A stretch of 64,000 bases of DNA from the human T2T-CHM13v2.0 reference genome, Homo sapiens: assembly GCF_009914755.1 (NCBI RefSeq), contig NC_060928.1; one strand, written 5' to 3'. A program made the position numbers and the translations under genes. The notes under the pieces are model-generated. The model saw only the letters and a list, made by a program, of their open reading frames with translations, ran no database searches and was not told the DNA's origin. Positions 44,194 to 64,000 of the stretch are shown here, in pieces; the first letter of the stretch is position 1, and the number at the start of each line of letters is the position of its first letter.

Positions 44194-47100
44194 TTTGCAC
44201 TTGAAAAGAATGTATACTCTGCGGCTGTTGGGTGAAATGCTCTCTATGTATGTTAGGTCGATTTGGTCTATAGTGTTGTTCAAGTCTACTGTTTCCTTGT
44301 TGATTTTCTATTTGAATGATTTATCCATTGTTGGAAGTGGGTTATTGGAGTCCCCTACTACTATTGTATTGCTGTCTAGTTCTCCCTTCAGTTCTGTTAA
44401 TATTTTCTTCATATATTTAGGTGCTCTGATGGTGGGTGCACATATATTTATAATTATTATATTATATTGATGAATTGAGCACTTTAGTATAATGACCTTC
44501 TTTGTCTCTTCTGACAGTTTTTGACTTAAAGTCTACTTTGTCTAAGTAGAGCCATCCCACATCTCTTTTGGTTATCATTTGCATGGAATATCTTTCCAAA
44601 CCTTCGCTTTCAGTCTATGTATATCCTCAAAGCTAAAGTGAGTTTTTTTTATAGGCAGCAATTTCTTATAACTTATTTTTTTCACTCTGTCTTTTGATTA
44701 GAGAATTTAATCCATTTACATTTAAAGTAATTACTGATAGTTAAGGACTTAGTATTGCCATTTAAAGAATTGTTTTCTGACTGTTTTACAGTTCCTTCAT
44801 TCTATTCTTCCTCTTTTCCCTTATGATTTGATGAGTTTTTTGGTAACAGTATGCTTTGATTGCTTTCTCTTTATCATCTGTGTATCTACTATAGGTTTTT
44901 TATTTGTAGATACTATGAGTCTTACATAAAACATAACTATTTATTTTAAGCTGAAAACAACTTTGTCTGCTGCATATAAAAACTGAGATTTAGCTTTTCC
45001 TCCCACTACATTTTATGTTATTGATGTCACAATTCATGTATTTTATATATCATGTACCCATTAACAAATTTTTGTAGATATAGTTATTTTAATATTTATC
45101 TTTTAACTTTTACACTGGAGTTAAAAATGATGCTGCATCAGCATTAAAGTATTAATGTTTTCTGAATTTGATTCTATTATTACCTTTACAATAAGTTTTA
45201 TACTTTCATATGTGTTCACATTTTTAATGTCCTTTCATTTCAACTTGAAAAACTCCCATTAGCATTTCTCATAAAGTGCATCTAATGATGATGAACTCCT
45301 GCAGCTTTTGTCTCTTTGGGAAAGTCCTTACCTTTCCTTGTCCCTGAAGGACAGCCTTGCTACATAGTATTCTTGGTAGGCAGTTGCTTTCTTTTAGCAC
45401 TTTGAATACATCATCTCAATTTCTTTTGGCCTGCAAGGTTTCTACTGAGAAACACACTGATAGTCTTATAGGTGTTCCCTTGAATGTTTTTTCTCTTTGC
45501 TTTTCTCTTGTTGCCTGCAAAATTTTCTTTTTGTCTTTGATTTTTGAAAATTTGATTATAATGTGTCTTGGTAGCACTCTCTTTATATTTAATATATTTG
45601 GGAGTTATTTGGGCTTCATGGATCTGCATGTGAATCTTCCTCTCCAAATTTGGAAAGTTCAGCTGCTTTTTTTAAAATAAGCTTTCTCTCCCTTTTTCCT
45701 TCTTTCTCTGCTTCTTCTGAAACACCAATAAGGTTTACTTAATGATGACCTATAACTTCTGTAGGCTATCTCCACTTTTTCATTCTTTTTTCTATGACTC
45801 TGGTTGGGTAATTTTGAATGACCAGACTTTGAGCTCTCTGATTGTTCTCCTTGATTGAGTCTGCTGTTGAATCTCTTTATTGAATTTTTCAGTTTAGTTA
45901 TGATGTTCCTTAGCTCTAGAATTTCTGTTTGGTTCTTTTTTGTGATTTCTATCTCTTTATTGAACTTTTCATTCTGTTTATGTACTCTTTTTTCTTATTT
46001 TGTTTAGTTGTCCATCTGTGTTCTCTTGTAGCTCACTTAGCTTCAAGATGATTATTTTGAATTTTTCATTATGCTGTTTTTCATTAGCATCAGTTACTTG
46101 TGCTTTATTTGTTCCTTTGGTAGTATCATGTTTCCTTGATTATTTATGATCTTTATGGACATGCCCTGGTATCTGTACATTTGAAAAAGTGGGCATCTCT
46201 TCTAGTCTTTACAGATTGACTTGGCAGGGAATGCCTTTACCAGTTGGCTGGTCCAAAGATTCTCAGTGGGCTATCTAGCTGGGCTCATGGGTGGACTTAT
46301 GCTAGAGTTCTTGGGCCAACTTGCTTGGTGCCTGGATCAGCAAGTGGATAGGCTTTGTGCCTGGGTCTCTGGGGGCCAGCCTGGTGCTGGGGTCCATTGG
46401 GATGGGCCTGGAGCCTGTGTCAATAGGGACTGGACTTGAAGTCTGGGTCCATGAGAGCCAACCTGATTCCTGGGGTAGATGTGTGGGGTTAGGCCTTCAG
46501 CCTGAGTCTGCAGGAGCCACCCTGGTGCTGGAATGAACCTGGTGCCTGGATCCATTGGGATAGATCTGGAACCTGGGCCCATGGAGCCTAGGCCTCCTAT
46601 GTTAAACTCAGTGCTGGGGTCTCCTCCATAGGTGTCCTATGGGCCTGTACTCTGGAATTGGTGGAGCAGGCCTAGATTCTGTTACCTGGGCTGCAGGGAC
46701 TGGTCTGGAGCTCGGGTGGGTTAAAGCCTGGGTTCACAGGGCCAGTCTAGAACCTGGAACTGGCAATGCTGTCCTGGTGCCTGGGGTTATAAGGGGTGGC
46801 CTGGAGCTGGTTGCATAGGGGCCAGCCTAGCACCAGGTTGGGCTTGGAGCCTGGGTCTGTGGGTATTGCTCTGGAGGCCAGGTCCATGGGCACTGGAGTC
46901 AGGGACCACAGGGCTGGCCTGGAGCTGGGGTAGGCATAAAGGCTGGGTCCATGTGTTCTGGCCTGGAATCTGGGGCTTTTGGGGGTGGCCCGAAACTGAT
47001 GCCAGTCTGGAGCCTTGGGTGGGGATGGAGCCTGAATTTGCTAGGGCCGGCTTAGGGACTGGGGTTGTTGGGGCTGGCCTGGTGTTTAGGTGGGCCTGGA

Positions 47101-48363
47101 AGCTTGGTCTGTGGGTGCCAGCCTGGTGCCAATGTTCATTGGCCTGGACCTGGTGCTGGAGTCTGTGGCAAAGTTGGGTGCTTACTTCACTCATTTTACC
47201 CTATGCAGAGAGTATCTATCTCTCTACTTACTATGCTACCTAGTCTTGGGGGAGGAGTGATAGAAGTAATGTGAAGTTGTCCTTCTTACCCTTCTCAATG
47301 AGACTTTTCTTATTTCTCTAATACATTCAAATGCTATAATCTCTCATCTGAAATCTTTAGCTCTTGTGAAGATATTTTTGTGCATGGATAGTTGTTCAAA
47401 TGGATGTTTCTACAGGGACAAGCACTGGAAAGTCCTATTTTGCCATCTTGCTGACACAACTCTTATATATATCTATACATCACACAATTATCCTTCTTTT
47501 GTAAATGTATGACACATATATGTATGTGCGTATATCTGTGTGTATATGTGTGTTTTTGTTCTATTTGCTAATCTGATTCTTTCATCCAAATAGTATATTA
47601 TGAACTTCATTCCATAATAAAGTATTCTTCTTAAAATATGTTTTAATCATTGCATAATATTTCATTGTATGGATGCACCAACATTTAGCTAATCGATTTT
47701 GTTATTTTTGCATATTTATTATTTTATTATTATAAAAAGTCTTCTAAGGAATTCTTATCTGTTTGAGCATAACCTTGATTACTTCCTTAGGGTCTAGCTC
47801 TAGAAGTGAAATAGCAGAATCAAAGGTGATGTTAAATTTGATATTCCTTGTTATTATTCTTTTAAGATGACAAAGGAAGCAGGTCTCCTGTCTCTTACAT
47901 TATAGAGGTTAGATATTATGGTTGCTTATGAAGAAAAGGAAGGAAGTGGCCTCTTATGTGCAAGTCTTAGCTTTCTTCCTAGTGTCTTTTGTATTCTATC
48001 ATATCAACCAGAGCTGTATAATTAAATAGTTATTCATGTGCAAAGAGTTAATCTGCAGCACATTAACACATGTAGACAATTTAGAAGTTCTGCCAAAATA
48101 GATTTTTATATGCATAAATGTAACATGAATAGCATTTCAGGCTTAATGGCCCCTTTGCCTATAAGAGAATATTATTCAAACTCAAGATGAAAGAGAAAAT
48201 CTGGACTTATTTTTCAGCAATGCTAGCCAATAATTCTTAAACAGATGTGCTTTTGGAATTATCCATAACCATGGAAAGAGGACTTTGGGGGTTAAAATTT
48301 TAGTTTGCCTTTCCTATATGCATGAATCTTTTTTATTTATTCATTTGCTATTTTATTTTATGA

Positions 48364-48522
<159 letters not shown>

Positions 48523-48691
48523 AACATTTAAAACAAGAAGTTATTGGCTGGGAAAATCTAAGAAAAAAAGTATGTAAGATAAAAAGAAGAGATTAATGAA
48601 AGTGGGAAAATACACATGAAGAACCTCAACTTAAAAAACACATGGTATCTATGCAGTGGGAAATTACCTCCATTTGTAAACTATGTTGCTT

Positions 48692-48697
48692 AATAAA
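48692..48697 (+). terminator. CWH43: Probable CWH43 polyadenylation signal AATAAA
   Basis: First AATAAA after the stop codon (170 nt downstream), followed by a T/GT-rich tract. Confidence 0.75.
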
Positions 48698-48942
48698 AAC
48701 ATTTCTCTAAATTGTTTTCCCTAAATTTTGATAAAAAATAGAATTTGGGGTAATATAAGAAAGTTTCACTATGGAGTTAAAATAATTAAAAATGTCTTAC
48801 CTTTTGAAGGCTTAGAAATAGGAAATTTTTTTTGTTTGTTTGTTTTCTTTTTTGAGACAAAGTCTCTCTCAGTTGCCAAGGCAAAGTACAGTGGTTTGAT
48901 CGCTGCTCACTGCCACCTTGATCTTTAAGGCTTAAAAATAGG

Positions 48943-49240
48943 ATTTTTTTTTCTTTTTTGAGACAGGATCTCTCTCAGTTGCCCAGGCCAAAGTGCAGTG
49001 GGGTGATCATGCTCACTGTAGCCTTGATCTCTTGGGCTCAGGTGATCTTCCCACCTCAGCCTTTGGAGTATCTGTGACTATAGGTGCTTGCTACAATGGC
49101 TAGCTAATTGTTTACTTTTTTGTAGGGAAGAGGTTTCACTATGTTTCCCAAACTGGTCTCAAACTTCAGGGCTCAAGCAATCCTCCCACCAGCCTCCCAG
49201 ACTGCTGGGATTACAAGCTTGAGTCACTGCACCCAGCTGG
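48943..49240 (-). mobile_element. Alu (AluJ-like), preceded by a partial tandem duplicate
   Basis: Antisense Alu with GGGCTCAAGCAATCCTCCCACC. Confidence 0.85.
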
Positions 49241-49805
49241 ACATTGATTTGTGGATGAGCTGGAAGGACTACTTGTGAAAATCAAGCACTTTAAACCCTT
49301 CTTGGGACAAAGCTGGGGAAAATGTTCAACAAATTAAGTCTAATTACTAGAAGAATAATGTGCATGTGACTATTATTGACTTAACATAAGCAGCAGCCCA
49401 TCACCAACCTTCCCTGAACTGTGAGGGGTCGTCTGTCTTTTTCCCCATGCTTCTGTCACTTCATGGCTGTACATGGCACACTGTGTTGATGCCTCCCATC
49501 AGTCAGGCCACCAGACTCTCAGCAAGCATACCTTAACACACAGAGGGGTCCCATGAAGTGACTTTCCTTCTGTAGAATCAAGTAGGCAGGCAAAGGGGAA
49601 AATTCAACACAACAGCACCATCTCCACAGAAGATAATGATTTGAATATAGGTCATAGAGGCACATGAGGTCTTAGAACTGGAAAGGACACTGAATGCTGC
49701 TTTATCTTTTGGGGGCAGGGATAAAAGTTGTCAGAAAGAAAGTTTCTAAAAGTATTATGTCACAATCTAAGGAGATTCCTTAGATCTATTTAACAAAATT
49801 GTATC

Positions 49806-50184
49806 ATACTAGTCTGTTCTCATGCTGCTATAAAGAATTGCCCAAGACTGGATCGTTTATAAAGGAAAGAGGTTTAATTGACTCACAGTTCCACAGGGCT
49901 GGGGAGGCCTCAGGGCACTTACAATCATGGTGAAAGGGGAAGCAAACACATCCTTCTTCAAATGGTGGCAGGAAGGAGAAGTGCTGAGCAAAAAGGGAAA
50001 AGTCCCTTATGAAACCATCAGATCTCATGAGAACTCACTCACTATCATGAGAACAGCATGTGGGTGACCTCCTCCATGACTCAATTACATCTCACCAGGT
50101 CCCTCTCATGACACATGGGGATTATGGGAGCTACAATTCAAGATGAAATTTGACTGGGGACACATCCAAACTCCAAACGATATC
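49806..50184 (-). mobile_element. THE1 (C/D-like) MaLR solo LTR
   Basis: TAGTCTGTTCTCATGCTGCTATAAAG...TAATTGACTCACAGTTCC...GATATCA. Confidence 0.85.
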
Positions 50185-50249
50185 ATATACTGAACACATT
50201 GCCATATGCAAAACACTGAATTCCTATAGTAGTTTTAAAGATGAGTCCG

Positions 50250-50708
50250 TGAATGATCCTGCAGTTTCTTCAAAAGGTGGAACCTCACTCACTTCTCTTT
50301 TAGTATGGGCTAGATTTAGTGACTTACTTCTAATGAAGAGAATAAAGTGAAAGCGATGGTATGTGACTCCAAGTCTGGGTTATAAACAATACTGGGGCTT
50401 TGTCTTAATCTCACTGTCTGCTTCTGAGAGAAGCCAGCTGCTGTGTCATGAGCAGCCCCTTGGAAAGGTGGTGAGAACTGAGGCCTCGTGCCAATAGCCA
50501 TGGGAGTGAGTCACCTTAGATTTGGAAACTCCAGCCCCAGAAAAACTACAGATGACTTCAGCCCCATGTTGGCTACAACTTCTTGAGAGATCCTGAGCCC
50601 TAAGCACCTAGCTTAACTGGTCCCACATCTTGACAGATAATAACCATTTGTTGTTTTAAGCCACTATGTAATGGGGTAATTTGTTTTGTATCAATACATA
50701 AGTAACAC
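50250..50708 (+). mobile_element. MLT1 (F/H-like) LTR
   Basis: Ends GTTGTTTTAAGCCACT...GGGGTAATTTGTT...TAAGTAACA. Confidence 0.65.
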
Positions 50709-53016
50709 AGTCCTTAAACTTACTTATATTTGAAAAACTTTGGGAATCTGGGAACAACAAACATATTTATTCAGTGTCCGTTTTGTCCATTATACTGTAC
50801 TAGGCATGTGGCAGTGGTGGGAGGTGTCACTTAACTGAAAAAGACATTAACCTAAACACAAGTATGGCAGATGGGAAAATACGAAGACATCTTGAATAGC
50901 AGCTACTGATTATTTACCCTCTATTGAGCTAGATGCTTTACCAATGTTATCTCCTGACAACAATAATGAAGGCAATAACCCATGTGCCAACTGGGGTCTC
51001 TCTACCTTTAAGCTCTAGGTAAGACAGCCAGAATGCCCATTCCACTCCTTCCAGAAGAGAGTGTCTTCCCAAGATTTCTGTGAATTGTGGGAAGTGAAGG
51101 AGACAAGACTCACATTCTTATAGGCATCTCTCTCACTGATCTCCTTCTGCTGTCATATTTCAATTTATACGTGGTCTCATTGCATTTCTGACACCAGAAT
51201 CATGCTACTGTGCAAGGTAAATGCAAGCAGATATGCATTTAAAACACATTGTTAGTGGCTGGGGAGACAGATCCACACACAGACAGCAGGAGCTGCCTCT
51301 GTTCTATGCCAAGCAGAGAGTTCGGTTGTTTTCTTGACTTCCTCAAAAGAAACAAATAAAAAACTCTTACTATGTATCTTAGTGGGTAGCATCTTTTACT
51401 GAATGTTTGGGAAGATAGAGAAGGGTTTACATTGTAGAACTCAAAACATATTCAAATGAGGTAATTAGATATTCCCTTGCTTTGCAAATCTTTTCTCCAC
51501 ATCATGTAGTTTGGCAATATCCTATTTTCTTCTCTAGTTGTTCATATCTCCCCCAAATTTCTACTAATTTCTAATGCCAATCAGATTAACTGTCTTTTTG
51601 TTTTAGCCTCCTGCTTACTCATTAGGCTCTTGGGATCTTAACTTCTATGTCCATGGCTTATCTAAGTGGGAGGTTTCCATACACCTCTCTCAGTAAATGA
51701 TAAAACAAGGAGAAAGCTTGAATAACACAATTAATTGAAGTGACATATGTAGAACAGTGCTCCAAGGAACTTCAAGTTACTCATTATTTTCAAGTGCCTG
51801 CAGAACATTTACCAAAACAGACCATATGCTAGGCCAAAAAGCAAGGCTCAACAAATGTCAAAATATTGACTTCATACAGGATTATATTTTCTGATGGTGA
51901 TAAGACTAAACTAGAAACAAATAACAAAAAGATAATGAGAAAGTCCCAAATATTGGTAATATAATAATAAACTTCTAGGTAATCCATGGGTCAAAAACAG
52001 ACCACAATGGAAGTTAGAAAATATTTTGAACTAAATAGTAATGAAAATATGGCATATCAAAAGTTATACGATATAGTTTTGTGTTTAGAGGAAAATATGT
52101 AGACTTAAATGCATGAACTGGAAAAGAAGAAAGACTAAAAGTCAGTTACATAGGTACCCATCAAGAGAAGCTGAAAAGGGAACAGAAAATTAAACCCAAA
52201 AGAGAGTAGAATAAAGGAAAAAAGGCTAAGAACAGAAATTAGTGAAATGGAAAACAAACAATTACAAAAGATAAAAGTGACAAAACCAAAGGTTGACTCT
52301 TTTGAAAAAACTAATAAAATTGAACTCTTTGGTAGGACCGATCAGAAGAAAAAGGAAAGAAAGAAGACAAAACTGACCAACATTAGGAATGAAAAAGTAG
52401 ACACAACTATAGACCTTACAAACATTATAAAGAAAATAAGAGGACATTATTAACAATTTTATACCAATTAATGTCTCAAAAAATAAAGTTTACCACAACA
52501 GATACAAGAAAAAATAGAAAACTTACTAAAGAAATAAAATTAATAATTAAACAACCAAACATAAAACAGGACTTCTGAGCCACACATCAAGGTCAGAGGC
52601 AAGAAAAATTGACATCAGTTCCAGTCTACTCTCATGTGCTCCAGCTCATTCCTGTGTCTTCCAGCTTGTTCTTGATCTCCCCAACTTTACATCCATCTTC
52701 CTTTCTCCATGGCCTGCCTTGCAGATTTCACACTCTAATATTAACTTTCAAGACAATAGCCTTACAGGTGACTTAATCAGCAACCACAGCTATGTAAAGT
52801 CAAGTCTCTGTAATAAATCCTTATATATATTCTAGTTCCCTTTCTCTGATTAAATCCTGATTAATAAAACTTCCCACAGCAAAAACTGTGATAGATTACC
52901 GGTGAATTTTAGCAACTATGTACGGAAGAAATAACACCAATCTTATAGACTTTTCACAAAGAATAAAAAAAAGGAATACTTCCCAACTTGCATGAAGTCA
53001 CCATAACTTTGGTAAC

Positions 53017-53557
53017 TGTGATGGTTGATTTTATTGTCAATTTGACTGGACCACAAGGTGCCCAGATATTTGGTTATATATTATCCTGTGTGTGCGGGAG
53101 TGGGTGTTTATGGATGAAATTAACATTTGAATTGATAGACTGAGTAAAGCAGATTGCTTTCCCCAATGTGGAGAGGCTTCATCCAATCCATTGTAGGCCT
53201 GAATGGAACAAAAAGGCAGGGTAAGGGAGAATTCACTCTCTCTGCCTGCCTGGTTTTGAGCTGGAACATTAGTCTTCTCCTGCCTTCAGATTTGGATTCT
53301 GGCTGGAACTTACACCATTGGCTCTTCTGGTTCTCACACCTTCAGATCAGACTGGAACTATTGTGCTAGTTCTCTTTAGGGTCCAGCTTGCTGACTGCAG
53401 ATCATGGCACTTCTCAACTTCCATAAATACACAAGTCAGTTCTTTATCATACATCTCTCTCATAGTCTTTTCTGTCTTTCTGCCTCTGCCTCTATCTACA
53501 CACACACACACACACACACACTTGATTCTGCTTCTCTGGAGAACCCAGACTAGTACA
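53017..53557. mobile_element. MLT2 (ERVL) LTR with (CA)n
   Basis: TGTGATGGTTGATTTT...GGAGAACCCAGACTAGTACA. Confidence 0.8.
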
Positions 53558-53823
53558 ATATCAAAACTGAAAAGAATATTAAATGAAAAGAAAATTATAG
53601 GTCAATCTCTATCATACACATGGATATAAAATTGCTAAACAAAATATTAGCAAGTCAAATCCAGCACTATATGAAAAGGGACTACATTATGATCAAGTTA
53701 AATTTATTCTAGGAATGGAAGGTTGGTTTAACATTTGAAAATCAATGTAATTCTCCATATCAACAGTATATGTAATGATATATTTAAAAAGCATTTGATG
53801 AAACTTAATCTCTTTTCATTATT

Positions 53824-54103
53824 ATTTTTATTATTATACTTTAAGTTTTAGGGTACATGTGCACAACATGCAGGTTTTGTTACATATGTATATATGTGCC
53901 ATGTTGGTGTGCTGCACTCATTAATTCATCATTTAGCATTAGGTATATCTCCTAATGTTATCCCTCCCCACTCCCCCAACCCCACAACAGAAACCATCAT
54001 TCTCAGCAAACTATCCCAAGGACAAAAAACAAAACACCACATGTTCTCACTCATAGATGGGAATTGAACAAGGAGAACACACGGACACAGGAAGGGGAAC
54101 ATC
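53824..54103 (-). mobile_element. Short 5'-inverted (twin-primed) L1PA 3'UTR insertion
   Basis: Antisense L1 3' end to 53990, then sense L1 3'UTR 53991-54103; TSD TCT(T/A)TTCATTATT. Confidence 0.85.
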
Positions 54104-54467
54104 TATTCATTATTTTTAAAACCACCAAAAATCTCTTAGTAAACTAGGAATAGAGGAAAATTTTCTTAATCTAATAAAGCATATGTACAAAATCTTATGG
54201 TGAACATGATAACTGTGAAAGATTGAATGCTTTCCTCTTGAGATCAGGCATGAAGCATAAATGCTTACTATGTGCTATTGTACTAGAGGTCCTAGCCAGT
54301 GCAATACAGTTAGAAAAACAAATAAAGGATAGAAGGTAAGAAAAAAACAAATACAATTGTCATTATTTTCAGACAACATGATTGTTTATGTAAAGAATGA
54401 AAAATAATCTACAGATGAACTATTAGAATTACTGGAAGCAGAAATCAATTAGAAAATACCCACATTA

Positions 54468-64000
<9,533 letters not shown>

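Larger units (their letters stand above)
51700..54467 (+). mobile_element. Ancient L1M ORF2 remnant, outermost host of the downstream nest
   Basis: Degenerate ORF2 (ORF 52247..52453 FEKTNKI...IRNEKVDTTID; TTTTCAGACAACATGATTG resembling the FADD motif). Confidence 0.7.

Noticed and set aside
46221-47274. Cluster of overlapping G/P/W-rich ORFs, or a CRISPR-like array
   Set aside because: Degenerate contiguous tandem repeats with no unique spacers, in human DNA; ORFs reflect stop-poor composition

Overview
Human genomic DNA, not microbial (an L1 with the human-specific Ta diagnostic bases is present). The window holds the last eight coding exons (probably 9-16) of CWH43 (PGAP2-interacting protein, GPI-anchor lipid remodelling; chr4p11 from recall) on the + strand, ending ...MNTPKYFL* at 48522 with AATAAA at 48692. 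An internally deleted antisense TPI1 retrocopy lies just before the first of these exons. The rest is mostly interspersed repeats: L1, Alu, L2, MIR, MaLR/ERV LTRs, Tigger/MER5 and a sense HERV-K LTR5 solo LTR. I found no new protein-coding system; nearly all ORFs in the track are repeat-derived. The most unusual structure is downstream of the gene (51.7-64 kb): a four-level nest of old L1M > L1PA with the ZNF93-bound 5'UTR segment > L1PA lacking it > a TSD-flanked insert made of an inverted L1 piece plus about 410 bp of unrecognised polyadenylated DNA. The two L1PAs share at least seven non-CpG changes relative to the L1 consensus as I recall it, including the same ORF2 nonsense codon, which suggests gene conversion between them. 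Also notable: an L1HS-Ta that reused an Alu target site in the last intron, and a small direct-inverted-direct triplication. Repeat subfamily names are from memory of consensus sequences and need RepeatMasker/Dfam confirmation.
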